A DNA stretch of 64,000 bases from Felis catus (taxonomy: Eukaryota), in NCBI RefSeq assembly GCF_018350175.1, contig NC_058380.1, positions 44,268,001 to 44,332,000 on the forward strand, in the 5' to 3' direction. The notes beneath the pieces were generated by a model, which was not told where the DNA came from, searched no databases, and saw nothing but the letters and a program-made list of their open reading frames with translations. Below, piece after piece: positions 1-11,986 of this stretch. Position 1 is the first letter of the stretch. Each line of letters begins with the position of its first letter. Both the position numbers and the translations under genes were made by a program.

Positions 1-1237
1 CCATCTGACCAAAGCCACTGTTAATTCGGATTTTCTACTATATACAGCTGAACATATCCTGCCTAATATATCAGTGTATGTAACACAGTCTTATCCATTC
101 GGGCAAGATTAAATTATAATGTGAAGGCCACAGGTAATACCAAAGACCTGTTTTGGGACTACGTTTTCAGAGGATACATCTTTGGTAATGGAAAACACTG
201 TTAAATTGTATTCCAAAATTCAATTTCTCCTTGAAAAAGAACTGGACTATTTCACTGCAGTTAAGAACATCAAATGACTGGCTAGACTATGTGACCTTAA
301 AGGCTTTTACTTCTTTAAGATAATGGGGGTTTTCAAAACTCAGCCACATGCTTAATTTAGGACCCCATCATTCAGGTTAAGACATTAGCTTTTCAGTTTG
401 GTAAAGAAAGGGGCTATTGGTTGCCATGAAGTAGTATCTTTAATCTCATTAAGGAAAAGATAATTGTAATTTTTGCCCTTGACATTACAACAACTTTGTA
501 TATCTTTTTTTCTTACACAAATGAACAAAGACTTTTTAATGATAAAGAAATTATTTTTCCTGGAAATGGCTAGTGTTAAGGGGCAATGAGTTTAGGACAG
601 TACACTGCAGGCAGCTTCCCCATACATTGCTTCTTTGCAAGATATTAGTCAGGATTTCTGTCTATCTACCTATCTGCACGTCTCTATGAACGTTTATCTC
701 CAAAGAGTAAAAGTTAGTTCCATCTAAGACAATGGGTGGCAAGGTCTCTTCTCCTTTTAATTCATGTGTTCAACCACACAAGGATGTTTTCTTTTGAGCT
801 AGCTTTCTACATTTTCACCTAATTTTAGTAAGAAAGCAAACTTCAACTTTTTGAGAGTTTTCCAGAATGAGAATGGTGTGTAACTTGGATATCTGCAGGT
901 GAGAAATACACTATGGGTTATTAGCTCCAGGTAAAAATTGGAGATCGCTCTTTCAAGAATATGCAGTATTACTGCACAAGGAGATAAAAGGATGGCTGCC
1001 CATGTAGAGCGTTCTGAGGTCACCAAAAGGCCGCTTCTAGAGTAATTTGTTCGCATCCCTGGAGGCATCTTATTATAGAAGGAAATACAGTGCTTTGGAA
1101 GAGTAAGCCTTACTAACCTATCAAGTCTGGGAAAATGTGTCATACAGAGCAGGTGCTCAGTTATTATTAGGTGAACACAGGATCAGGTGGCCAGTAGGTG
1201 TTGTCATCTTGGGATGCAGGAATGAGGCAATGCAGAC

Positions 1238-1485
1238 ATCACTTCTCTGAGAAGCCTGTCCTCATTTCCCAAGACTGAATATGATGCCTTCCACTGGACT
1301 CTCCCTGCACCTTGGGTCTGTCCATCATACTACTCATCTCTTTGCCTGTGTCTCCCACTAGAGTGTGAATTCTTTAGAAGGACTGTCTTCAATCAGCCCT
1401 GGACCCGGTCCAATGCCTGGTACTTACTGAGTGTTGTTGAGTGGATGTATTAGAGAATGAACGAATGAATGAATGGATGAATGAA
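1238..1485 (+). mobile_element. L2 LINE 3' end
   Basis: ctcccactagagtgtgaa...atgcctggtact...(tgaa)n tail typical of the L2 terminus. Confidence 0.75.
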
Positions 1486-1909
1486 ATTCTGATTAGCTTG
1501 GGGTGAGGAGGAGGCTGGGTGTGGCCTAGGGAGGTCTTCCAGTTTAGTTTCTAAGGCACCTGAAGATGAGGGAGGGAGAGAGAGGGCTCTGAGGGCAAGG
1601 TCACTTTTTGTCAAAATGTCATGATTTTGTCCAATGTCTGAGAGTGAGTATATTGTCTTATTAAAATAAACTTTTTATGGTGACGTGTCCAAGTAGCGGT
1701 TCATGTTTTATTCAGGAGCTCATTGTTGTTCACTCTATGATGCCCTCATTCTAAGTCTGTAGTCTAAACCCTTCCCATGATTGGTCTCCATCAAGCATTT
1801 CTTTCCACTCCCTATTCTGATGCCAATTTGAACGGTCCATTTCCTCACACCCACCTTGTACATCAAACTGCAGCAGTACCAAGAGGGCAGAGCTTGGGTG
1901 TGCCACGGT

Positions 1910-2075
1910 CCTGACTTTGGGTCCCAATTCACCACTTAGTACCCCTGAGTCCCAGAGCAAAATACTTTACTTCTCCAAGTCTTAGTTTCCTCATCTAATA
2001 AAACACTTTGAACTTTGGCTTTCTCATCTTCGAAAAAATCCACCTTGTGTGGTCATTATAAGGATTAAATGACAC
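1910..2075 (+). mobile_element. MIR SINE
   Basis: cttagtttcctcatct...aggattaaatga core. Confidence 0.65.
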
Positions 2076-3132
2076 CCACTGCACTTGGCAGGTGGCCAGT
2101 AAAGGTTGGTGTGTCCCTATCCTTTGATTCCATCCTCAGCCTGGTAGGTCAGAACTTACCACCCTTCCTCCCCCAGTTTATCCCATATTTACTGATCCTT
2201 GGAACCCAGTTCATTTTCTCCACAAAATCTTCCCCCTGGTTGAAAGCAATCCTTCCTCTTTCTGGAGTCTGCCATTTTCTTCCGAATATCTATGGTACTT
2301 ACCACTTTCTTGCTGGTGACTCAGTGGTTACTGTGTATCATTTTTCTCCCTGTCTATAAATTCTGAGGGGGGCAAATTGCTCACCTTTTAATCTCGTATT
2401 TCCCCAAAGCACCTAGCAACATAATTTGCATATAGCAGGGCCTTAAAATAATGAGCTGAATATGTTCAAGACCATTCTCTATATTTAGGAAATCATCACT
2501 CAATTCCCCTTAAGATATGGGGTAGCATATATAACCCATCTTTCCACTGCTCCACTTGAGGGGGGCAAAAATGGGCCCTCATTTAAAGTAGCTGACCTCA
2601 CATAACATCCAGAGGATTTCCTGGAAATAGTTACAAATGAGGACTAGTCATATGGGCAATTACAATAAAGCCCTGCTCAAGAGCTAGTCACATTTCTAAA
2701 AGTGTGAAAAGAAATGCTTCAAATGGAGAGGGGTATTTCCTGAAGGTTAGGTAGCCTACAGCGATTGCCCCAAACATCTACATCTTTATGACACTTGCTT
2801 CTGTCGTACAAATGGAAGCAGCACAAATCACAGTTACTATTTTCAGGGGGAGGGGGAGGCTCTCGAGTGTTTGAAGGAGTCACATGTAGCTGTTGCCTGG
2901 TCTGAGGTTACTGGGCTGGCTTTGAATCTTTCAGACAGAATCCCAGAATTAGCTTTAAGCCAGGCCTCGCTTGTCCTGGAGGTGAAGGGTGTGGCTTGAT
3001 GTGGCTAGAGGAAGACCTGTTCCAAAGTATTCCAAAGTATTTCTGTGAGTACTTGAGAGGGATGGCTATGTGTCTGGAACACTTCTTAATCTTTCAGAGG
3101 CTCCTATTACCAGTGAAGGATAGCACCTTGAT

Positions 3133-3418
3133 CAGCATTTCTAAAACAGTCCCGCAAGAGGGTCCGTGGAAGAAAGAGGCCTTTCATCAAAGAAGTCTGG
3201 GCAAGAAACTTCATCCCTCTTTATGCTTTACTCGATGCTGCAATGCACAGGAGCACACGGAAGCCTCTGACAGGTCACGTGGCAAAGAAAACTCAGGAGC
3301 TCTTCCACTTTATTAAACTAGGAAATCAATCTTACCTTCTTTATTTCTGGGGTGTGGCAAAATTCCTACTGACATCATATGAAATGAGTTTATCACAGAA
3401 CACACTTTAAAAATGCTG
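3133..3418. mobile_element. hAT-Charlie type MITE
   Basis: Terminal inverted repeats cagcatttctaaaac ... cacactttaaaaatgctg. Confidence 0.6.
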
Positions 3419-4587
3419 CCTGAGCCACTATTAGCTGTTACGGTAGTAGGGGTGAAAGTTCAGCCAAGAACTGGACACAAAGGGATACGCAAGAAGGGAT
3501 GGGAAAGTGAAGAGAAGTCGTAAGAAATGTTAAAGGTGGCCCATGAGGGCCCCCAAACACAATTTCACAGCCCTGCTAAGGGCCGGCATGATTTTGACTT
3601 TATTTTCCTGCCTAGAAAGCCCACATGTTACTAGGTGGGTGGATCAGATTGGAAGTACTGTTTTTTGCATCTTGGTGTGGCCTTGAGTTGTCTGGTTTAG
3701 GGAGGCTGAGAAAGGACACCAACTCTTGCTCTAATGGACGTGGAAAGAGGAAGGAAAGGAACAGAGTAGGTGAGAAATGGGGCAACTGAGGCAAGAGCAG
3801 GGCAGATGCTGCCCCAAGAATGGGAAGTGAAGGGTGGACGGCAGAGGACAGGAAAGAGGAAAGAGGAAATGGAGAGAGTGGACGGTCGTGACAGGGCAGG
3901 GAGAAGCTAACAGACCCCCCCCCCCCACCTCCACCTTGCTGCTGGAGCCATGAAACTGAGGCTGGGGGCTGGGGAGATGCCCGGAGGCGAGTCCCAAAGC
4001 TTTGGCTTCTCAAGCCAATTGCCAATAAAAACCCAAGTGATCTGAAGACATGGAATACAAATAATAGCTGGCACAGGAGCCTTCCTTTAAGGTCTGGATT
4101 GCTCTTTCTACCCTCTTGGTGGTAGGACACTTATTCTCATAGGTAGCTTTCTGTCCCTGGCGCTCTCATTTCCCCAGGTTGTTGGGAGGATCCTGGGCCA
4201 TAACGGGGCCCGGCATGAGACCCTAATAGGGGCCTGCTGCTTTAGAAAACGCCACAGTGGTTAACTGAAAGTGCAGGAATAGCCTGGGTGTTGTACAGAA
4301 GCCAGAGTTGTGTGCGGGGGCGGGGGGGCGGAGAAGGAGCTTCCTCTTACCGGGGGCTGTCAGATGTTCCGCTTCTTTGATGCAAAGCAACTAGGAGATC
4401 TTGGGCAAGCTAAGGCAACTTAGAAATACTAGAAGCTGCAAACAAGATATGCAACACATTGGGGAGTTTCGCTCATGTCCAAAGCCAAAATTAGCTGATT
4501 CCTCTTCTGGACTACCTTTTGATTGCTTGTCAGTATCAACGTAAAAATCATGTAAAAACCCAAACGTTTCATACCTTATAAATATTA

Positions 4588-4593
4588 TTTATT
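4588..4593 (-). terminator. Distal polyadenylation signal
   Basis: Minus strand reads gggtAATAAAtaatatttataaggtatgaaacgtttgggtttttacatgatttttacg: canonical hexamer plus a downstream GU/U-rich element. Confidence 0.7.
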
Positions 4594-5125
4594 ACCCAAA
4601 AGATGGAGGCATGTGTGGGGTGAAATGGGGGAAACAGGGTAACTCCCTTCACAAGAGTAAACCTTTCCAAGTGTTCTTCCATGGTGAACTTATTTCAGAG
4701 AAGGGATTCTCATTGGGTCAAAGTTGTGCTCCAGGAATGGTGCCTGGAGTTCATTAGTAAATTCATTTAAAAATAAATCTCTGCCAGCCTTCACTTACTC
4801 AGGGGAAATGGTTACAAGGCTATGCTCAGTCTCACAAAGCATGAACCCCAGTGAATTCAATTCCACCGGCTGGAACTGTGGCCTTGGCCTTTCTGAGCAA
4901 CGCTCTTGGATGAGTGAGTGAGCAGGGACTGTGGGGACTGAGGACATGAGCTCACAGCTGTCTGCGCCAGAAACCGGTCTCTAGCTGGTTTGGGTTGAGG
5001 AGTTGAGATCACTCTTTCCTTTGCACAAATCAGAACATCCACTCCCTCTGAAATTCAGGGCATATTAAGAGTGCTGATTGGATGTGTTTCTATGTGTTGT
5101 GAGCACGTGGGGGAAATAATGCGGA

Positions 5126-5768
5126 CACAGTGGGTGTGTGCTTGGGCTTACGTCGCTGACACCATTTCTCTGTGTGTGTGTTACGCAACTGACATGGTTT
5201 GGAGCATCTGAATGGAATAACATGATTGCCCATGGTATTGCACATCTCCAATCCCAAATAAACACGATGGCAAAAACTAGACAAAAATGTGGAAAGAATA
5301 ATAAATCACACGATGTCACTGAAGTCATGCAAAGAGGGAAAATAAAAGATTTAAAAAAAAATGGGCAAGCACCAGACACCATAAATNNNNNNNNNNNNNN
5401 NNNNNNNNNNNNNNNNNNNNNNNNNNNNNNNNNNNNNNNNNNNNNNNNNNNNNNNNNNNNNNNNNNNNNNNNNNNNNNNNNNNNNNNNNNNNNNNNNNNN
5501 NNNNNNNNNNNNNNNNNNNNNNNNNNNNNNNNNNNNNNNNNNTTGTTTTTACACATTCTTAATTAATCAGATTCAGAGTTATACTGTCAAATTCCGCAAT
5601 CGTTAACTATATAGAGATGTGCAAACATGGGCCATGTGGCAGACAGCTTTCACGGCCCATTTTCAGAAATCACTTAAAATATATTATTCTACTGGGGGTA
5701 GGATGTGCCCTGCATTACAGAATAGGACACAGTTATTTTGACATCCCATGAAACAGAGTAGTTGGCAA
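5126..5768 (-). promoter_or_regulatory. Cluster of miRNA seed matches in the 3'UTR
   Basis: Minus-strand sites: CACTGTG (miR-128, 5126-5132), AAGCACA (miR-218, 5137-5143), GTGCAATA 8mer (miR-25/32/92, 5236-5243), TGGTGCT (miR-29, 5368-5374), TTTGCACA 8mer (miR-19, 5618-5625), TTGCCAA (miR-182, 5762-5768). Confidence 0.55.
5387..5542. other. Assembly gap (156 N) inside the putative 3'UTR
   Basis: Run of N. Confidence 0.99.
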
Positions 5769-6711
5769 GTTCACACCGGGTCTAGCCTAGCCCTATAGTT
5801 TGTATAGAGGTGACGCTCTATGGGAAAGGGCCAAACGAGGACAATGTCCAGGTCCAGTGGGGCTTGAGGACTGGGAGTCCTTGCCATGGGACAGCAGGCC
5901 CAGAAATTCATTTCCTAGCTCCTCTCCAACAGAACCACTTCCTAGAGATTAAGGAGGCTACCTGGGAAAACCCAAAATGCAAAACCAGGTTCTGAACTCC
6001 GTGTTCACTTTTATCTCATAGATTAGATAGAAAACACTGAATACCATGAGTGCAGCCTGCTGACAAGAGCTGAAAAAGGTGCGGAGTGCTCTGGAAGAGG
6101 GAAGCCACCTGGCTCAGGCAGGTGACAAAGCAGCCCCATCTCCCAGCTTGAGGCACCGCCTGTGGCTCCTTAGACTGCAGTGGGGAGGGGCTATCAACAG
6201 CCCCTCCTGTGCACAGATCACCAAAGGACTCACTGTCACCGACACCACTGGCAGAAAGCAATGCTGTGCTGAATCATCTGGGGATGCTGAATCAGCCTGG
6301 GTTGGGGAAGAGAGGAGGCCGGGACGCGCCATTTCTGTTTCCTTAGTTCCATTCTAAAATAGAAACTTTAATTCTTGTTCATCTGAAAATTCCAGATTGT
6401 TTTAAGCAACATTGTGAGTAGGTTAAAAATATTTTTCCCGGTCATAACAACACTCTCCCAATAAACCTCAAGAAATTAATTAGACTCAAGAGATATTCCT
6501 GTGATTCTGCAGAAAGCCTCCATGGCTCATTAACTTAGGACGCCAATGAAAACCCACACATGAATCAACTAGTAATTGATGGGTTTTGTGTGCAAGATGA
6601 AGGATCCAGCTTAAAAGACAATAAGACATATCCTTCCATTTTACATTTATATTATACATTATAGAATATATATAGTATGCATATATCTATATCTGTATCT
6701 TTACCTATATC

Positions 6712-6998
6712 TATATACATATTCTTTTTCCATGCGCCTAAAATTTTACTAAAGCTATTTTAACACACCGATACAAAATTATGCCTTGGGGAGAAAAATC
6801 ACCTCATCCTTCTGCTTCTGCAAAAACCTGCCTACTCTGGATTTTGTAGCTACATGACAAAAGGTGCAAGCACTTCAATAAGAAATTGAATTTTGTGTAA
6901 ATAACAAGAAAGTCTTTTTAATGACTTCTGGGGATTGATTCCGCAGAATATAATTTTTTTGGGGGGGGTATTTTAAGAACAGTAGTCTACTATATACA
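6712..6998 (-). promoter_or_regulatory. Two Pumilio response elements (UGUANAUA)
   Basis: Minus-strand TGTATATA at 6712-6719 and 6991-6998. Confidence 0.45.
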
Positions 6999-7471
6999 TG
7001 ACATCGCACAAGCTTGGAATTCCGAAATGATCTAAATACCTTCATAAATATTAAACACACGTTCATGGTAGCTTTACACGTAATACACGCACAAGCGCGT
7101 GTGTAAAATCTTAGAGTAAGTTGATGAATTATATCAGCCAACTAATTTTTTTGTAGCCTCTCCTCCTCTCCTGAGGTAAAGCAGTAGCATAAGCAGCTGG
7201 CATTCTCTGTTCTTTGCTCAGGAAACAGAACGTGGGCGGCTCTGTGTTTGCAAAGTTGGGTGTAGACCATATTCTACACAGGAAAGATACACCATTGCAA
7301 TTTTATGGGTCTGTCTTTTTAGATGCAAACCCTCCATATACGCATACGCATACACGTTTTCATGTATCACTTCCAAACTGTCAAACATCTGCTTGTGGCA
7401 GATGTGATTATTTTTTACCCCACCTCTTGTGGAATCAGGTATAAATAAATACAAACATAGTCTGTAATTAT

Positions 7472-7477
7472 TTTATT
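7472..7477 (-). terminator. Candidate proximal polyadenylation signal
   Basis: Minus-strand AATAAA ~90 nt into the terminal exon, followed by tatgtttgtatttattt. Confidence 0.3.
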
Positions 7478-7518
7478 TTTATATCGTGGAAGTTGGAACT
7501 GTTCATGTCTGACAATGC

Positions 7519-7569
7519 TCACACGTTGTTGCTGCTGTGGCAATGTCTAGATGGTTTCTTGGCTGCTTC
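7519..7569 (-). CDS. Possible alternative C-terminal coding segment EAAKKPSRHCHSSNNV* at the start of the terminal exon (phase 0)
   Basis: Open phase-0 frame from the acceptor to TGA at 7519-7521 (end of track ORF 7519..7866). It would be translated only if an upstream stop-containing exon is skipped. Confidence 0.3.
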   Translation of the reverse strand, partial: EAAKKPSRHCHSSNNV

Positions 7570-9221
7570 CTTGGATGAATGGGACAGAGGGATAAGAACC
7601 GAAAGGAACATATCAAAAATGAGGCTAAGGGTGGTGGAAGATAAGGAACAACAGTAGTGAAAAACCAAAATACAACAGGTGACACAGCAACTCGAAGCAC
7701 AGTGAGGAAGCAGGGCAAGGTCAGAGTACCTGCCCAAGTGAAGGGAATTATGTTTGTTGCTTACTAAAGCAAAGGCAGAAAAGAATGAGAAGGAAGCCAG
7801 TGTGCTAGAACAGTCTCGAATGCACACAGCAACAGGATGGTGAGATGGTGGGCTCAGTATTCTCATGCTTTCAAGTGGTTAGGACAGCATCCTGGGGTAG
7901 GTGGGGGTGCATCTCCAAGAGCTGGTGGCTCTCATTTAGGGGGGCACGAAGAGGGGTGTCACACGCGACTAGGATGAACACAACATGTACACGTAAGCCA
8001 GAGCACATCGTGCACCTGATTGGTGTCCTACAGACAATGAATGCCTCATGGAGAGTGGTCTTAGCCACCGTGGCCTGAGAGGGCCTGAGAGGCATGAATG
8101 AAAATTCACCGGCAAGGGGAAATGGCCTCCAGTCAGCACACTTCCCACAGAAATTAACCAAGGTCCCTTTACACCATTGGATCAGGATTCTAACGGGGCC
8201 TCATCCAAGCTGAGTTTCTCTGGGATAGGAGGCAGTGAAGGAGTTCAAGACAGGGCTGTTTAATCCCATCTAGCAACATCCATTATGTCAACGGAGCAAG
8301 AGGTAGCCAGGATCGGAAGAGGGATGAATCACCAGTGAATATCATCCTGGGTACCACCTGGTGTCTCTTCACTGTAACATATCTCTAAGAAGCCCACACA
8401 GCCTAAGAAAAAATTCCAGAACCCAGTGGTTGGTGCTGGAGCTGAGCCTATAAGCCGATTGTGAATGCTGCCTGTCATGGCGACCCCCCCCCCCCCTTGC
8501 TTTCATGCCATTTGGATCGTTGTGGCCACAGGCATCTTGCTCCAAGATCTGTAGGAGGGATGAAGTATTTCCACTTCCTTCCAGGTCCTGCCGGCAACAT
8601 AACAACCTGCTTTAAGGTACCTCCTGATTCCTGTCCATACTTCATGATTGGTAAGTCAAGGGAAGGGTCTTATCTTCAGTCTCAAAGAATCTATGAATAA
8701 GAATTCATGTTTCGGGTTCCTAATCTCCTTTCCTAAGAAGGGCATGGACACATATTTCTCCTTCCAACACTGACTTTCTCAGCTCCACTTTTGAGGGTTT
8801 TGGCATTCTCAATCCTTTTTTCAGCAAACCTCCCCAGATAGGTGGAGGAGAAAAACGACTTCTCACCTTTCAGGCCTCAAAATTCTGATCTATAAGACAG
8901 AAATTCAATAGAAGCATCTATGCTGAGTTCCTTTTATTGGAATGAAAAACAGAGGTAGAGAAATCAGTGAGAACAAGTATTTATCACTTAAGTGTTAGCT
9001 GACAGGAAAAAAAAAGATTAATTTGTTTATTGTTTTTTGATCAAAGAGCTTTATTTTTGGTACTGGTTTGGACTGCATGTGGAGACCTAAAAATTAAGGC
9101 TTTCTCAATACAAATGGGTGGTAGTCTCTCAGTAAAGTTGCCTAATACCTATCAAGAAGGTGTGTGCAGATACTGGATTATATCACAACCATGGAAGGAT
9201 TATTTTCAGTAGCAAATGGAA

Positions 9222-9380
9222 GTTAAAGACACGGGCTTTGCAACCAGGGTGTAGGTTCGAATCCATGGTCTGCCACTTATTAGCTGTGTGACTTTGAGCA
9301 AATTGCTTGTCCTCTCTAAGCCTTGGTGTCCTCAGCTACATAGGGGCATAATTGTACCTATCCCATAATGCTGGGATAAA
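9222..9380 (+). mobile_element. MIR SINE
   Basis: ggttcgaatcc...tctgccacttattagctgtgtgactttgagcaaatt. Confidence 0.8.
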
Positions 9381-10024
9381 GAGTAGTAGATAAGACAACA
9401 ACTCCCAATAACCCACCAGGGATGGGCAGCTTTATTGCCGCAAGAACCCCAAGAAGCGTGAGGAACCCATGGGACACGGAGCAGAGCATTTAGAGAATCT
9501 GGTGTTTTACACAGGTTTGTTAAAACAAATTCAACACTACTTAAAGAGGTTTTACACAGATATCTGCTGCTCAACAACAAAAGATATTTTGCCACGTCGG
9601 GGCCAGCATATCAAAGAAATTTCTTCATCAGTCCTGCTCTTCGACTCTTGGATCTATGCAGAATGCCAAAATTTGGACTGTAACCATTGCAATAGCATGT
9701 GACCATTCATCTGACCACAAGTGTTCCAGCTTGGGACCTTGGCAACTTCCTTTCTGATATTTGCACACAAGCCTGTCTGTCTAACTAGGCTGTCCATATG
9801 TCGGAGGCAGAGACCCTCTTCCTCTTAGATCCCTTCCAACGGAACCTAGAACAGTGCTTTTCTCTTATCACACGCTCTCCTCACATTTCTTAAATAAAGT
9901 ATGTAAGTGCCCAGCTCCCAAATGACACTGAGGTTTTGGATGCTTCGTTTTGTCGAACTTCCCTAGAAGCTAAAGTCAGGAAGGCAGGCGCGAATGCCTG
10001 AAGCTTCTTGACTGCCGATACCAT

Positions 10025-10230
10025 GATAGCATCATCAAGGTTAAGAGTGCTTCTGAGTGAGATAGACAAGATAGCTAATTCAGAGCAGTGGCTCTACTCC
10101 TTATGAGCTGGGTGATCCTCCCTGGGCCTTGATCTCCTCTTCAGTAAAATGGGGACAAGAACAATAAGTACCTATGCTCAGAGGGGTTTTTGGAGAATCA
10201 GATGAGAACAAGTATAGAAAGCACTTTGCA
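10025..10230 (+). mobile_element. MIR SINE
   Basis: ggttaagagtg...gtaaaatggggac...gtaccta...gaaagcactt. Confidence 0.7.
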
Positions 10231-11869
10231 TTGGGGTGACACAGGCATCCTTAGCAATTAGTACCCCTTTTCATTGTCTGCCAAAGCTCCCACATGAACA
10301 TCAACTCAGCCTAGCAGGATGTTGCTGAATCCCCTTCAACCTGATTATCTCCGTGGACGAGCACCAATGTCAATGTCTATACTTGCCATACAAGTCAACA
10401 ACACCCCCTCCCCCCCCCCCCCCAGACTTCTTCCCTTAAACGCGAGGGAAACTGTCAGAAGAAAAACTTTCAGTTTAGTGAAAGGCTTCCCTGGCTCACT
10501 TCCAGAACCGTATTTTGCAGTTTTAGCCCAAAGTGTTTTTTTTTTTTAATTTGTGAATTTATTTTCATTATTGAGATTTTGTGAACGGGTAGCTATGACA
10601 GTCAAGCCTTTGTAATTTCCCATCCCACTCCCCAACATAAATGTAGCATTTATATTTGTAGAGCTATTTAATTCTTAAGTTTCTTGCGGCATATCTGGGT
10701 TTACCTTTTTCTTGTCTCCTCATGTGAAAAACTTGCATCACAATAAACCTGAGTTCTGAGTTAAAAGGTATTTTCTAATGCAGCCCGATTTAAAGCTTTG
10801 TGTTTGATTTCACCTCAAAAAAAGGCTGCTTGAACCACCAGAATTAATTGCTTCCCATTACAAGGCTTTCTTTGGTCATTATTCTTTTATATCAAATCCA
10901 TGCTGATGCAAGTAGTTTTTTTTTTTTTTAACTTAAAAATAACCTTTAAAGACTGAGGTTAAATGAGGAAACAACCATGAATCCTCACTTCTTACTCAAG
11001 TCAGAAGGAAAGGAATATTTTAACCTTCAAATTCTCACAAGAAGCTTTCAAAGTACTGACTCATCACAGAAGCTCTGCTCACCATTCCGTGGAGGGGAAT
11101 GATGCTCATGTGTTAAGCTTCCCTAAGAGGCTCCTAATGTGTACACGCTTGCCCAGGGACAGCTGTACTTCACATGTGGCAACATACATATGTCACACAC
11201 AAGGTGTCAACAGAGATGATCCTGCTCTATGGAGTTCTTTTCACATCTGACTCTTCCCGATCTATGCTAGTGAGTACTTCTTTTTCTTCTATGAGACGAA
11301 AACCTCTCACTTAGGCTTTTGGACGCCAGGCAACAACGGAGTAAATGAAAATAAAGGGCAAATTGGTGGGTGATCTTCCATCAGCTACTGAGTTTCAACA
11401 GGATTTAGGAACACTCCTCTCAGAAATTCATCACCTGAGTCCCAAGCCCTTGGGATCGAGCCCCTTTGTGAAACACTCTTCCTTTTAAGCTTCCTGCAAA
11501 CCTAGACACGTTGGTTTGTTACGGCTCTTAGTTTTGTTTCCCACATTCGCCACATGTATTTCTGTTTGTGTCCTTCTGCTGACGTCATTCTGAGGCCACA
11601 GCTCCCAGGAAATACTGATGTTACATCGGGAGTCAGAATGGTCCCCAGCATCTGGCCTGGTGTCTGGAGCACAGAAGACATTCTGACAAAGCATGAATGA
11701 ACCACAGGGGCCAGGTATGTAGGTGAGCAAAGTGGGCTGGGGACAATGACAGGGAATGGTGTGATGATGGACAACTGGACAGTGCATGCGTAAAAACGGG
11801 CAGTGGCCACGCACCTCCAGTTCCATGAGGAAATGCAGGTATAGCGTTGATCTGCTGATTATTCCAGGG

Positions 11870-11986
11870 AAGCCAGATACCTGGATTTTAATGTGAAAAC
11901 TCCTGAGTTTTAAATGTTGGCGACAAATTCCAAATTAAAAAAACACCACCTGGGTCATATTGGCCTCATCGATTTGCAATCTTTGG
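11870..11986 (-). mobile_element. MER102-like hAT-Charlie fragment
   Basis: ggattttaatgtgaaaactcctgagttttaaatgttggcgacaaattc...tttgcaatctttg. Confidence 0.65.

Larger units (their letters stand above)
4568..7569 (-). other. ERC2: Terminal (mostly 3'UTR) exon of a minus-strand gene, tentatively ERC2 (CAST1/ELKS2)
   Basis: Minus-strand acceptor ttcttatccctctgtcccattcatccaag|GAAGCAGCC at 7569. About 3 kb without recognisable interspersed repeats in an otherwise repeat-dense window. Ends at AATAAA (4588-4593) followed by a GU/U-rich element, and contains several miRNA 7/8-mer sites and PUM elements. The gene name rests on my recollection that ERC2 has a ~3 kb last exon after a very large last intron; not verified by alignment. 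Confidence 0.6.

Noticed and set aside
1188-2567. CTCF-like motifs (ggccagtaggtgttg, ccacttgaggggggc)
   Set aside because: Mismatches at core positions; too weak without ChIP data.
3021-3040. 10-bp tandem duplication tccaaagtat x2 (also a 13-bp repeat ccccatgtaacat at 29831 and 29850)
   Set aside because: Ordinary slippage-type micro-duplications with no further structure.
5138-5566. 142-aa plus-strand and 163-aa minus-strand ORFs
   Set aside because: Their length is inflated by the 156-N gap, and the region behaves as a minus-strand 3'UTR.
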